Numbered from the stretch's first letter, positions 40,819 to 53,975 are shown. The stretch: DNA of 64,000 nucleotides from Octopus bimaculoides (GCF_001194135.2 NC_068991.1:1201258-1265257); one strand, 5' to 3'. Made by a program: numbers and translations. Notes: generated by a model not told the origin, from the letters alone.

Positions 40819-41391
40819 AACAACAGCAGTGTGATTTGAGTAGGATTTAGCTGTTATTTCAGGAAAGTTAGTACTTAACTGGTGCACATATTTTATCAGC
40901 CCCAGGAGGATAAACGGTAAAGTTGAACAAAGACCGTAAAGCGAAAGCGACGTAGCTTCATGCTACAAGCCATTTTGCTCCCCTGCTCAATCAATTCTGC
41001 AATCTGCCATCACTTCCATTATAACAAATAGAATTACCATAATTCTGACGTGGAATGGGGGAAAATAGATTTTCCGTTTTAAAAGTTAAATGGCGTTTTA
41101 AATTAAAAGGGAAAAAAGAAAGAAAAGAATTTGTCCTTTAGATATAATTTATTTTGGAATGTAACACTCCGGGATTTGAAGAACAGTTGTTCTCGCAGAA
41201 ATTAGCGTATTGGAACCAGATACGACGCAAAGTGTCTCGATGTACTGCTTAGGAGGGGTTCGATTCCACCAAGATGAACAGAGCTTGACGGATGTTATAC
41301 TAATTAATTTCAAACTTTCACTACCTTTTTGATTGAAAAAGTTAAATTTTAAAATGCGAAGTGATTATGCACAAGTTTGTAGCGTAATAAC

Positions 41392-41583
41392 TGTTTCTGC
41401 TATAGCTACAAGGCCGGAATTTTTGTGGGAAGGGGACTAGTTGATTAAATCGACCCCACTGCATCTGAGAGGATGAACGGTAAAGTCGACCTCGGTGGAA
41501 TTTGAACTCAGAACGAGAAAACAAACGAAATGCCACTAAGCATTTTGCTTGGTATGTTAACGATTCGGCCAACTCATCGCCTT
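41392..41583 (-). mobile_element. SINE family B copy
   Basis: The reverse complement aligns to 52287-52505, with an internal deletion. Confidence 0.85.
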
Positions 41584-41597
41584 AGTTTGTAAAAATG

Positions 41598-41806
41598 ATT
41601 TCAAATGTTGGCCGAAGGACATCAATTTTAGGTGAGGGGACGAGTCGATTAGATTGACCCCAGTGTATAAGTGGTACTTATTTTATCGACTCCGAAAGGA
41701 TTAAAGGCGAAGTCGGACTCGGCAGAATTTGAACTCAGAACGTAAAGACAAAGAAATGTCGCTGAGCATTCCGGCCGGCGTCCGAACGATTCTGCCAGCT
41801 CGCTGC
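41598..41806 (-). mobile_element. SINE family B copy
   Basis: The reverse complement aligns to 52287-52505 along its length. Confidence 0.87.
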
Positions 41807-41825
41807 GTTAGTCTGTGAGAAATGT

Positions 41826-41985
41826 TTGGTTTCAAATGCTGGAAGTGAAGGTATAATCCTCTTCCGAGGATATCACTGGTACTTTATTCCATTGACTCTT
41901 TATCCCTAGCTCAGCAAAAAGTTGGCACAGCCGAGATTTGAACTTGGAACTTAAAGAAATATAACTTAATACCACCAGGCATTAA
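41826..41985 (-). mobile_element. SINE family B copy, strongly degenerate
   Basis: Retains GGTTTCAAAT, CTGGTACTT and GATTTGAAC landmarks in the expected order. Confidence 0.55.
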
Positions 41986-42184
41986 GTCATTAAGTTTGGA
42001 CAAAACGAATTGCAGATTTCTTATGTTCAAATCTCGATCGCTTTATCTCTGCGTTTCTATCTCCCAGGTTTGATAAAATAAATATCAACAAGAACTGGGA
42101 TCAATTTAGCATGTATATATGTATGTATATATGTATGTATGTATGTGCATGTGTGTGTGTGTGATCATGTGTTTCCCAAAACAG

Positions 42185-42305
42185 GCGGGTAAAAGAAACC
42201 GATAGAATAATTGAAGGACTTCGAGGTCGATTCGTTCGGGTAAAACCCTGAATGCGGTGCTCCATCCTGACCGCAATTCAATGACTGAAATAAGGAAAGG
42301 GGTAA
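42185..42305 (+). mobile_element. SINE 3' module and tail (degenerate)
   Basis: CCGATAGAATAA..GGTCGATTCGTTCG..GCGGTGCTCCA..AATGACTGAAA. It is preceded by a microsatellite and a degenerate family-B-like head at about 42020-42110. Confidence 0.65.
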
Positions 42306-42933
42306 AAGGTTATTCGAAGGAGAAGGAGGAAGAGGAGGAGGGGGAAATAATCAGATGATAAGAAATGTAAATTACGAAAGTAAAATAGGGATGATAAAGA
42401 AAATAGGGAGGTGATGATGGGGCGGGGGTGGTGGTGAGCTTTTGTCTATTGAGAAGGGAATATTTCCGACCGGAAGTAAGTATTTGAACAACGATTTAAT
42501 TATTTTCTAATGAGCAAGGAAGAAGGCCAGAGGCCCGACCGAGTGATCTGCAGGAATTCTGAACAACCGAACACTTCCTCACACAAGAAGTTCTTAGTTT
42601 TACAATCGACATCTTAGATGTGTAACCTCCACCCCTCCACCGCCACCACCTACACCACCACCACCTCCACCGCCACCATTCTCGCGATGCTTCACACAAG
42701 GCCACCTTCAGGCATTGGCTATCTGTAATCTCTGATGTCAACTTGTGTCAAAGATTTTAAACGGAAGTATNNNNNNNNNNNNNNNNNNNNNNNNNNNNNN
42801 NNNNNNNNNNNNNNNNNNNNNNNNNNNNNNNNNNNNNNNNNNNNNNNNNTGAAATCCTTCAAAACAGTTAATTAATGGCTTGCTTGGAATTGAAATTTAA
42901 AAAAAAAAGAACAAGCACACACTCTAGCTCCAG

Positions 42934-42970
<37 letters not shown>

Positions 42971-43127
42971 TCATAGATAAACCCCGTGTGTGCGCGCGCG
43001 AGTGCGTATTTGTGCGTATGTGTGTGTACTTTTGTTATAGTATATATCTTCACTTATACACACATGTACACTATGCACACACACACACACTTATGCATCT
43101 ATATACATCTATATACATATACATATG

Positions 43128-43172
43128 TGAAACCGCGTGACCCAGTGGTCAGGGTGTTGCACTCACAATCGC
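43128..43172 (+). mobile_element. tRNA-derived SINE head remnant
   Basis: CGCGTGACCCAGTGGTCAGGGTGTTGCACTCACAATCG is an A-box-containing head similar to the 2233 element. Confidence 0.45.
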
Positions 43173-43939
43173 TCCACCATCTTTCGGTATTATTGAGTGC
43201 ACACTTGAAATACCATATTGTTTGTTGCACCACTTCTGTGACTGGCACAAGGGACTTTCAGGAGATTCTCAAAATCAAATCCTCTTGCCGATTTCTTTCT
43301 TACATACATACATACATACATACATACACATATATAAATAGGTAGATAGTTATATATGCACACACATAAATATACATACATATATATGCATATATATATA
43401 GGTATGTATATATGTGTATGTGTGTGTGTGCGTGTGTATGTATTATGCACGTGTATGCACACACTGAAAAGATTAAAAGTTACCACACGAGTAAATTTGT
43501 ATTAAAAAACAAAGAAAATGCTTTGCGAAGTTCAAAGAAATAAAAGTTTTAAACTTTTATCAAAATATTCTACCGGTTTCAGTTATGTTATAAGGCGACT
43601 TAGTCATGCTAAAAGGGAAGGTCCAATAAATTGAATTGAAATAAATTAATCTTTCATGAGGTGTCTGCCGGGAGTTCGCATGTAGGTTTTCTTACAAAAT
43701 TCACATGACGCTGCTTATTGGTTTCCATCTGATCAGAAGAGAAACGAACTACAATTTTGTTTACATTTTAATCATGTGTCAACAGGATAACCATTATTAC
43801 TTGTTTTGATGTTTCGTCACAGAAGGCAGTCTTTGGATTGCCTTATGGCACATTCCAACCAATATAACTTCAGTCAAACCTCCTGGCAGCAGACTTTCCA
43901 TTAGCAATAATTAGGCCTTATGAGTTGATATCGGAGAGT

Positions 43940-43950
43940 TTGTTGTTGTT

Positions 43951-43986
<36 letters not shown>

Positions 43987-44078
43987 CTTCTTCTTCTTCT
44001 TCTTCTTCTTCTTCTTCTTCTTCTTCTTCTTCTTCTTCTTCTTCTTCTTCTTCTTCTTCTTCTTCTTCTTCTTCTTCT
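43940..44078. repeat. Compound (TTG)n-(TTC)n microsatellite
   Basis: Read directly from the sequence. Confidence 0.97.
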
Positions 44079-44335
44079 AGTTTTTGATGCCATAACAATG
44101 TGATGTAGGAATTTTGATGTATGTTTGTTAATACAAGTCGATGCCCAATTGTTAAGCTGCTTATGAAGCCAAAATATTAACACGTTTGCCATAGTCACGT
44201 GATACGACTCCCAAATCTCCTCATCTCATTCTTCTCGAAACCACAGCCGACCATTCAATAAAAGATTACATTATTTGCATGAGTTTATGTCGCGTTTAAA
44301 TTGCTGTTCCCGTCGTTGTTTTTGGAGATAGTCTT

Positions 44336-44337
<2 letters not shown>

Positions 44338-44411
<74 letters not shown>
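44338..44411. repeat. (AGT)n microsatellite
   Basis: Read directly from the sequence. Confidence 0.97.
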
Positions 44412-44963
44412 CTATCTTCGTCATTATTTCTGATAATACAATGACGTGTCCGAAATTGTTCGGTAGAAAAATGTTACCGGTGAAATAAGTAGCAATTCTA
44501 GTATGAAGGACGAATTCAATAAAGCAGACGATCGTCGTGAGACATCCAGATTAAGAATATTTTTGAGGGAGAAGAACAAAAAAAGAGAAAAAGAAAGAAA
44601 AAAAGGACTGAAAGGAAGAGAATAAGAGAAAGAATGAAAGAAAAGAAGAAATTATAAAAGTGACAAAAAGAATGTTTATATATATATATATATATATATA
44701 CGCACAAATACACACACATATACATTTAGATATGTATGTACATGCTTGTATATTCATGTATTTGTGTGTTTTTGTATAAGGAGTCTAAAATGGCGGACAA
44801 GTTTTCAAGTCAAGAGAAAGGAGAAGCAATTAAGTTATGCAAATATGCAGATAATTATCTGCTCCGAACTGCAAAACAGGTAAACCGAGATCGAGTGGCA
44901 GAAGTGAACGCCACTTTTCATTTATATATTTATTTATTTACTTATATATTTATCTATTTATCT

Positions 44964-44979
44964 GTTGTTGTTGTTGTTG

Positions 44980-45049
<70 letters not shown>
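44964..45049. repeat. Compound (TTG)n-(TTA)n microsatellite
   Basis: Read directly from the sequence. Confidence 0.95.
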
Positions 45050-45380
45050 CATTGTTGTTATTGTTATCAATGCAGCTGCTTTCTGGTTTGAAATTGTATG
45101 AAGTGTTTTGCGTCTTAGAAGATGACGTTTGGAATGAGAAACAAGGAGGGAGGATAGAGGAGGTGTTAGAAGGAATTAAGGAGAACAGAGGGGGGATTGA
45201 GGGTGAGGTGTGAGTGAGAGGAACAGAGATAGTAGAGGGTAAAGAGAGGGAAGGAGTGAAGGGACAGAATGGGAGGTGGAAAGATAAGGATAAGCTGTGG
45301 CCTCTATACTGTCTCTGTGTCAGTGTAGAGAGAGGTGAAGAGATGGGCATAGGGATAGAGAGGTAGAAAGATAGATAGAC

Positions 45381-45439
<59 letters not shown>

Positions 45440-45614
45440 NNNNNNNNNNNNNNNNNNNNNNNNNNNNNNNNNNNNNNNNNNNNNNNNNNNNNNNNNNNNN
45501 NNNNNNNNNNNNNNNNNNNNNNNNNNNNNNNNNNNNNNNNNNNNNNNNNNNNNNNNNNNNNNNNNNNNNNNNNNNNNNNNNNNNNNNNNNNNNNNNNNNN
45601 NNNNNNNNNNNNNN

Positions 45615-45653
<39 letters not shown>

Positions 45654-47322
45654 GTACGTACATACACGCATATTTATGTATATACACACATCAACAAATA
45701 TATGCATATGTGTGTGTGTGTATATATATGTATATATATGTGTATGTATATATATGTGTGTATATATGTATATATGTGTGTATATATATGCTATATACAT
45801 ATATTTGTATATACATACACACACACACATACGCACACACATTAAGGGAGAAAGAAGTGGGTGGGTGGGTGTTGGTGATTGAGGCTCCACAGCGAGTCGT
45901 AATTATATTTCTGTGACGATTATTGTATTTGCTGACTTATAAGGAATAAATAAAAACTCCAAACATAAATAAAAACACAAACATGTTCTAAACAACAAAA
46001 GCTTGTGATCCCAACACCGACTGGCGGTCGAGGGAACGCGGTTTCAAGTGGTGCACTTGTGGGTGTGTTAAAGACATTTTATTGTAGCCGTGGCTGTAAC
46101 AGGAGCGGCGGCGTCGGCGTTGGGGGTGGGCAGCTGTAGAGTGTCGTGTTGTGGAGTGAATGTGGGGGATTTACCACACCAACGTGGGACTAGTGGAGTC
46201 CGAGAGAAGGGCTACAGTGGAACTGAGTGGAGCGGGTGATGGTGGGTGTGTGAGTCCGAGGTATTGATTGTAGAATGGAAATAGAAAGGAGGGGGGTGCA
46301 AATTGAATACGTAATGACGGGAGGATCTTGCATATTACTAATACACACACACACACACACACACAAATAAAACGAGAGACGCAGTTAACCATGCGTTGTT
46401 TTTTTTCTTTTGTAATTCTTTTCTCAGTATAAAGAAGAGACTTGTTTCTTACAAAAAAATAAAACCTCCATCGCTTTCTGAACGTCTTGTATATTTTAAC
46501 TGTTCCACTTAAAAACTGTATTTGTAAAATACGTGTCAGCCAGTCACTTCTTTTGACAATTACTGAGTAACAGCTTTTTGTTATATTTCTGCTGCTTTTA
46601 AATAAAGCATATTACTCTACCTCTGGTATTTGAGTACTCTTTTTTTCCACCTTGTTTCACGTTATGTGCTTACACATATACATACACACCTATGAGTATG
46701 TATGCATGGATATATACATATATACGAATATGCGTGTGCGTGTGTTTGTGTTTCTGTGTGTATGTGTGTGTGTGAGAGAGAGAATATATATATATATATA
46801 TATATATATGCATGCGTGCATATGTATGTACGTGTGTGCGTGAGTTCGAGTACGACAAGCTGGAGGTTGAACAATCAGCTAAGAGGAAGGGATGACAGAA
46901 GAAACACATTATCAAAATTAATTAAGAGTTCCAGAGGCGGGAGATGAAATAATTACGGTTATGTTGTAATGAAGGTTAACAAGTTAATAAGACAAGATAT
47001 AGATAAAAGTAAATGTCACAGTGTTAGGGAGATTAATAAAGTTGATTGCCAGATAGAGTAAGGCCCGGAAGTTGGCTTATTTGTAAGAGAAAAAACGTTT
47101 AATATAGTTATTATATGTCTAGTTAGCATATACACGCATACATGCATGCATACATACGTACATACATACATACATACATACGTACATACATACATACATA
47201 CTTACATAAATACATACGTGTTGGTGGTTTGCGTGTGTTCAAGATAAATGGTGCAGTTCTCGGAGTTTCTGGATGGAAAAAAACATTTTTCCATTCAATA
47301 CCTGTGTTTTAAAACATTTAAT

Positions 47323-47374
<52 letters not shown>

Positions 47375-47455
47375 NNNNNNNNNNNNNNNNNNNNNNNNNN
47401 NNNNNNNNNNNNNNNNNNNNNNNNNNNNNNNNNNNNNNNNNNNNNNNNNNNNNNN

Positions 47456-47509
<54 letters not shown>

Positions 47510-47609
47510 ACATACACACTCAAACACAAGCACACACACTCACGTCTCCTTCTGCTCCATCCCCAGCCCCATGGTTCCAGAAATACATATAAACATAGAT
47601 ATTGCTGTT

Positions 47610-48418
47610 GTTGTTGTTGACTTATTTCATCTGCCCCCAAGTAAAATCCCGATCGAACAGCTGTACGACCTTGAATTTGTTTTTAACGCCTAGGCTGGAA
47701 GAAGCAGTGCTTGGGACCTTTGCAGTTCTTCTGAAGTTCCCGTGGTTGATGCTGTTATTGTTCCGTTTAATCCGTAGTTGTAGGTCAACCGCTGCAGGAA
47801 GCACTTGAGCAGGGAGAAGATTCCAAACGACCCCTGTTAGGGAGAAGAAAGACCAGACATAACGGTTAATCAATGTCCGGATAGTTGGGGACAGGGAAAG
47901 TCGATGTAAAATGGATGAGAAGTAGAAAGATGAGTGGATGGGGAATGCCTGATTGGTGGAAAAGTCAGCTCCGAAGAGTGGAGGCCATTATTGCAGAGAG
48001 CGAGAGAGGAGACAACACGCTAGTGGGTCAGAAACCAGAATGTCTCCATTAGCGACTGGATTCTAATCAATCAAGAGACCCTTCATTGTATGCTGTTCAA
48101 GATCTCTAGTATGTATAGGAGCGGTATCATCTCATATTGAGGAGTAGTACTCAATCGTGGGAGATTTATAGAATGTCAACAGTTGTTGAGGTCTGAAATC
48201 TTTTCTGGTTCTACAGAGACGAACAAGTCTTCGGGTACGGTCCTTGAATCGCTAAGAATGTGCTTTTGTCGGGAGAGATCTACGATTTTAGAGTGATCCG
48301 GCATTTGGAGCTACCGTGAGGGCGCTGGCTGAGTACCGGTAATGTTTAATGGGTTGTTATGCTGTGGCGTTTTCTTGGTACATGTAGTGCTTGAAGATTT
48401 TTGCTGTTAAAAGAAACA
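47610..48418 (-). mobile_element. CR1/Jockey-group LINE, 5'-truncated remnant
   Basis: Minus strand reads VSFNSK..RKRHS, RKDFRPQQLLTFYKS.PTIEYYS, NGLHSSEL, SHPFYIDFP and RYVWSFFSLTGVVWNLLPAQVLPAAVDLQ..KRNNNSIN. This is the typical post-RT ORF2 C-terminus, with stops and frameshifts. Confidence 0.85.
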
Positions 48419-48639
48419 AAATCGATATGACTACACTGTGTCTAAGAATATGTAATCTTATGAAGACAATGACGGAGATTTGGTAATATTTCTAGCATCT
48501 AGCAAACAGAATGACTCCATAGATACTCCATGTTTATCGCCGGAGCATTTGTGTCAAACCGGGCGTTGTGTTAGAGGCCCTACATAAAGAAATTTAGTGA
48601 CCAAATAGTTGTCTTAAACTATCTAATAATGCTTGAAAT

Positions 48640-48697
48640 GGAACACGTACCTCTAACCTCTCAGCTAGAAGTTCAGTACGTTACCCACTCAGCCATT
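48640..48697 (-). mobile_element. tRNA-derived SINE head remnant
   Basis: The minus strand begins TGGCTGAGTGGGTAACGTACTGAACTTCTAGC, an A-box and tRNA-like 5' half. The B-box is degenerate. Confidence 0.4.
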
Positions 48698-49783
48698 TCT
48701 GTGTATCACAGCTTGTTTCTTATCTTCTTTTTGGAAGCCACAAGTTAAAAGTGTGCCAATGAAAATATAAATACCAACCTCTAGTTTCCTCGCCCGTAAT
48801 TGTACTCCTTGACCCAGGCCTCCACACATCAAAAACAACAAGGATAGCAGCGATATTGTAACATGACCAGTAATTGGCCCGTTAAGGTTTCAATCTCGGT
48901 TCGGTGTAATTCAGTGCAGAAAAAAGGTTGAATTACAAATCGAAAATGGTGTTAATTATTCTACGAAACCATTATTTTCTTGTTCTGTTACACTCTTAAA
49001 ATAATTATAGCATCATTGTTCTTATTACCATTATTCCATCATTCCTGAAAATGCAATAATCATCTGCCATTCTATATCCAATACAGATGTGGGTACTTTT
49101 GCATGTATATATATACGTGCGTGTGCGTGTGTGTGTATGTGTGTGTGTGCATGTGCGTGTGTGTGTGCATATGCGTGTGTGTGTGTGTGTGTGTGGATGT
49201 CTAATGTTACATGAGTGGGTGTATAATATTTGGTTCAACATTTTTCGGGAACGTTTCTGAATGATTGACCGAAATCGAGAAATTCAAAACGGAACCTCAC
49301 CCCTTNNNNNNNNNNNNNNNNNNNNNNNNNNNNNNNNNNNNNNNNNNNNNNNNNNNNNNNNNNNNNNNNNNNNNNNNNNNNNNNNNNNNNNNNNNNNNNN
49401 NNNNNNNNNNNNNNNNNNNNNNNNNNNNNNNNNNNNNNNNNNNNNNNNNNNNNNNNNNNNNNNNNNNNNNNNNNNNNNNNNNNNNNNNNNNNNNNNNNNN
49501 NNNNNNNNNNNNNNNNNNNNNNNNNNNNNNNNNNNNNNNNNNNNNNNNNNNNNNNNNNNNNNNNNNNNNNNNNNNNNNNNNNNNNNNNNNNNNNNNNNNN
49601 NNNNNNNNNNNNNNNNNNNNNNNNNNNNNNNNNNNNNNNNNNNNNNNNNNNNNNNNNNNNNNNNNNNNNNNNNNNNNNNNNNNNNNNNNNNNNNNNNNNN
49701 NNNNNNNNNNNNNNNNNNNNNNNNNNNNNNNNNNNNNNNNNNNNNNNNNNNNNNNNNNNNNNNNNNNNNNNNNNNNNNACAGA

Positions 49784-49821
<38 letters not shown>

Positions 49822-50039
49822 CATGCACATGTATGCACACACACATACCACGTGCACGTGCCCACTCTCGTAAACAATCGCACAAGTTACTTTCAAATGT
49901 ATTTATATATTCATCCGCCTTGTTGACAGGCAACCACCAAGTGTGTGTATAATATATACATACATATACACATACATACATGCATATCTTTGTATCACTC
50001 TCTCTCTATATATATCTATAACTGAATCTATCTATCTAT

Positions 50040-50096
<57 letters not shown>

Positions 50097-50354
50097 TGTG
50101 TGTGTGCATGTATGTACTTATAATTAAATGGGTGCGTATGTGCGTATGAGGCGTCGGTTGTCTAGTTATCTGCATGTATACACAGCATGTATACACACCC
50201 AACATACGTGGCATCAGACAGATATTGTGCGTTTAAAGAATTTTGATGCGATCCTGCAAAGCAATAACCACACTTGAGACCGAACGGAATTTGGTCACGT
50301 GTGTGTGTGTGGACTCACGCACGCATTCATATATGTCTATACATGTGTGTTTAT

Positions 50355-50417
<63 letters not shown>

Positions 50418-50558
50418 CATATATACATATTTGAATTTATATGTATACGTACACACACATATACACGCACGCACACAGATACACACAGAGGTGTAAGACA
50501 CATAAGAGCGCACAAATGTAGACATATTCACGTACGCTAAAATACGCACACACACATA

Positions 50559-50596
<38 letters not shown>

Positions 50597-50780
50597 CACA
50601 CACTCACACACATTCACAAAGAAACACATGCCATCAATGGTTTCCAAAAGTCTGGCGTATCTACGTTAGCGAGGTGAAATTTCTTCCAATATGCATTCGT
50701 TAGATAAAGAAGCCATTCGCGTTGACTGTTTATACATACAAACATACACACATATATGCATTCATATACATTATATACAT

Positions 50781-50860
50781 ATATATATGTATATACGTAT
50801 ATTCACGCGCACATATACATATATATATGTATATACGTATATTCACGCGCACATATACAT
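50781..50860. repeat. Perfect 40-bp tandem duplication
   Basis: atatatatgtatatacgtatattcacgcgcacatatacat x2. Confidence 0.9.
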
Positions 50861-51531
50861 ACAGACATGATACTTCTACGCACACACCTTACATTTATAT
50901 GGGCATGTCTATGTCTCCAGAATACCATCTATGGACTTGTGGCTTTGTTTAGTCCACACCACCACTACTACCACCACCACCGCCGCCGCCNNNNNNNNNN
51001 NNNNNNNNNNNNNNNNNNNNNNNNNNNNNNNNNNNNNNNNNNNNNNNNNNNNNNNNNNNNNNNNNNNNNNNNNNNNNNNNNNNNNNNNNNNNNNNNNNNN
51101 NNNNNNNNNNNNNNNNNNNNNNNNNNNNNNNNCAGCAGCAGCAGCGACTAGTCTCACGTGCGATGTGCCAGGAGTGTTTGTTATAAAGATGGCGTCCACC
51201 GTTATCTTATCTCGTCATCGTGACGGCCACAACCAACACTGTTCTCTGTTAAAGGCTCTTCTCTTGTTAGTTTCACTATTTATTTGGCCGTCTCTTCATG
51301 GAACTTGTCTTTGTTTGTACATGCCTGTCTGTCTATTAGTCTATTGGTCTGCCTTCTACGAATGTACTTATGTACGTATGTATGTATGTATGGAAGGATA
51401 TATGTATGTCTAAGCACATGGGCGTATGTGCATTTGTGAGTAGTTGTGTGTGTGTGTGTGTGTGTGTGTAGATAGAAAGATAGATAGATAGATAGGTATA
51501 ATACGACTGTGTGTCATATTATACATACATA

Positions 51532-51712
51532 CTCCGCCCAGATTACAAGTTCAGGTTTATACCTGTAATTACTAGGGCACTGGGATATGTAAACAACTGC
51601 ACAATCTTGAAAAATAACGCCTCTCAAAATCAGAATGGAGAAAGCTTATTAGACGATTATAGATCCAATCCATCAATGGAACTGTTAAAATCTGTAAAAT
51701 TAAAATATAGTT
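51532..51712 (+). mobile_element. 3' end of a restriction-like-endonuclease LINE (R2 group, R4/Dong-like)
   Basis: Reads PDYKFRFIPVITRALGYV then, after a frameshift, SKSEWRKLIRRL*IQSINGTVKICK. This resembles the P-x-x-I-G-A-L-G C-terminus of REL-domain elements. Confidence 0.6.
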
Positions 51713-52059
51713 CATGTTCCATACTCTCGTGTTTCGTATCTTTTTGTTGTACACGTTTCGTGACGTCCTGTGCCCACATATGCATATATATATATATACG
51801 TATAGATGTAAGCATGTACATATACGTATGTATATATGCATACATATATTATTTATATTATTATATATATATATATATATATTATTTATATTACATACAT
51901 ACATACATACATACATACCCACACGCTGTGCATTGCGACAAGAACCATATGTCAATATATATACGGAGAAAACCCACAAAATCTTGTTCCCATCTTTCTC
52001 AGACAAAACATACATTGCCAGATCCAAACATCTTTTATTTGAATCACCGCACCAGGAAT

Positions 52060-52200
52060 CAATTCTGGTCTTACGAAACATGACCGAATTTAGTCCCAAC
52101 ACTTTCGAAAGGCACCTAAATGTACGTCTCTCTGACATTCCAGATCTGCCATCTGCTACATACTCGAACCAAAGCAGTGCAGCCTCGCTGATTGGATGAT
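52060..52200 (+). mobile_element. Probable LINE ORF2 extreme C-terminus (CR1/L2-group)
   Basis: LRNMTEFSPNTFERHLNVRLSDIPDLP..SAASLIG resembles the LRN..FK..LD..L..IPD.P..SNSL terminus of these LINEs. Short and diverged. Confidence 0.45.
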
Positions 52201-52286
52201 CCATCAAAGCACGAAGAAAACACTGGATCGTTGGATAAACTCACAAACATAAATAAAGGAAGAGAATATGCATTATTTGGTAAGAG

Positions 52287-52505
52287 CAAAGCCGATGAGC
52301 TGGCAGAAACGTTAGCACACCGGGCGAAATGCTTGGCAGTATTTCGTCTGTCTTTACGTTCTGAGTTCAAATTCCGCCGGGGTCGACTTTTGCCTTTCAT
52401 CCTTTCGGGGTCGATAAATTAAGTACCAGTTGCGTACTAGGGTCGATCTAATCGACTGGCCCCCTTCCCCAAAATTTCAGGACTTGTGCCCAGAGTAGAA
52501 AAGAA
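52287..52505 (+). mobile_element. Full-length tRNA-derived SINE (family B) with a perfect 13-bp TSD
   Basis: A-box-like TGGCAGAAACG, B-box GAGTTCAAATTCC and a central GTCGACTTTTGCCTTTCATCCTTTCGGGGTCGATAAATTAAGTACC segment. Flanked by tatttggtaagag at 52274-52286 and 52506-52518. Confidence 0.92.
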
Positions 52506-53086
52506 TATTTGGTAAGAGTGTTCTAGCATCGCCATGCTTGTCACGTCTAAAACAAACAAAACCACAAAAGAACACACCCACACTCACACATTATATATTT
52601 ATTTGCGAATGCACGCACACACGTATGTATGTATGTATGTATGTACATATAGAAAAAATTATATACATGAAAATATTTCCTTTTGATGTTAGATTGGTGG
52701 CAATTATGATGATAATTATCAAATTATGAACAACCTGCAATAATTACCAGACGTCTTTGATGATTTTAATTATATAATTCTACTTATTTATTTATTAAAA
52801 TGGTTTTTTACGACAGAATCCAAAAATAGCTGATCATATAGATTGCCATTAAGATATATTTTTAAATATCTTCCAACGAAGGAATTCACAATATACATAC
52901 CAGATATTATTTATTCAACCAAATATTGTTGTTGTAGTTATTGTAGAATACAAGTAATAATATATTAACATATTATATATCATAAATATGGGAGTTACTT
53001 CAACGTATCGTAAGATAAATACTGCGTACTTAACCAATCCTGGCGCCCTACATGTTGATGTGCCTAGATTCTAACGAATCTTGTAA

Positions 53087-53118
<32 letters not shown>

Positions 53119-53484
53119 NNNNNNNNNNNNNNNNNNNNNNNNNNNNNNNNNNNNNNNNNNNNNNNNNNNNNNNNNNNNNNNNNNNNNNNNNNNNNNNNNN
53201 NNNNNNNNNNNNNNNNNNNNNNNNNNNNNNNNNNNNNNNNNNNNNNNNNNNNNNNNNNNNNNNNNNNNNNNNNNNNNNNNNNNNNNNNNNNNNNNNNNNN
53301 NNNNNNNNNNNNNNNNNNNNNNNNNNNNNNNNNNNNNNNNNNNNNNNNNNNNNNNNNNNNNNNNNNNNNNNNNNNNNNNNNNNNNNNNNNNNNNNNNNNN
53401 NNNNNNNNNNNNNNNNNNNNNNNNNNNNNNNNNNNNNNNNNNNNNNNNNNNNNNNNNNNNNNNNNNNNNNNNNNNNNNNNNNNN

Positions 53485-53540
<56 letters not shown>

Positions 53541-53544
<4 letters not shown>

Positions 53545-53712
53545 TCGAAAACTACCTTAGGAATGAGAACCCAGGTTCGAAATTTCCCCAAGACATCTGA
53601 TGAAGGTTGGAGGGTATATCAGCCGAAACGTTGTGTTAACAACAAACAAAATGAAGACAAATATCCGTCAAATGTAAATAATGTAAATAATGTACATAAT
53701 TCCTTATCTCTT
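53541..53712 (+). mobile_element. Penelope-like terminal-repeat (pLTR) fragment carrying the hammerhead
   Basis: Non-coding segment that follows an (AAT)n tract, contains the hammerhead core and a 9-bp x3 repeat (aatgtaaat). CTGATGA..GAAAC hammerheads are characteristic of PLE terminal repeats. Boundaries are approximate. Confidence 0.55.
53592..53637 (+). ncRNA. Minimal type I hammerhead ribozyme motif (Penelope-like-element type)
   Basis: CUGAUGA at 53597-53603, one extra A, stem II GGUUGG/UCAGCC (53605-53610 with 53619-53624), GAAAC at 53625-53629, palindromic stem III ACGU, GUU cleavage triplet ending at 53632, and stem I GACAU (53592-53596) with GUGUU (53633-53637). Folded by hand. Confidence 0.7.
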
Positions 53713-53730
53713 AAATATAGAACTGTATTA

Positions 53731-53812
53731 TCGGGTCGATTTATTCTACCGAACCCTTCAGGCGGTGCTCCAGCATGGCAACCGTTTAATGACCGAAACA
53801 AGTCAAAGACAA
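53731..53812 (+). mobile_element. SINE 3' tail module
   Basis: GGTCGATT..GGCGGTGCTCCAGCATGGC..AATGACCGAAACAAGT. Confidence 0.7.
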
Positions 53813-53879
53813 CAGAATTCTAAGATTAGCAGAAGCCCACAAATTTTTTCGGGAGAAATTCCTGTCAATGCTATCGATG

Positions 53880-53975
53880 ACAGTATTTGAGTGGTCCTTA
53901 TTTATTGACCCCTACAAGAATGAAAGACGAAGTCGAGCAAGATTTGAATTCAGAACGTTTTGTAACTAAATACCA
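53880..53975 (-). mobile_element. SINE family B fragment, degenerate
   Basis: TTATTGACCCC..AATGAAAG..AAGTCGA..GATTTGAATTCAGAACG. Confidence 0.6.

Noticed and set aside
41392-41985. Regularly spaced repeats as a CRISPR-like array
   Set aside because: The units are about 200-bp SINEs in a eukaryotic context, with no short repeat-spacer structure.
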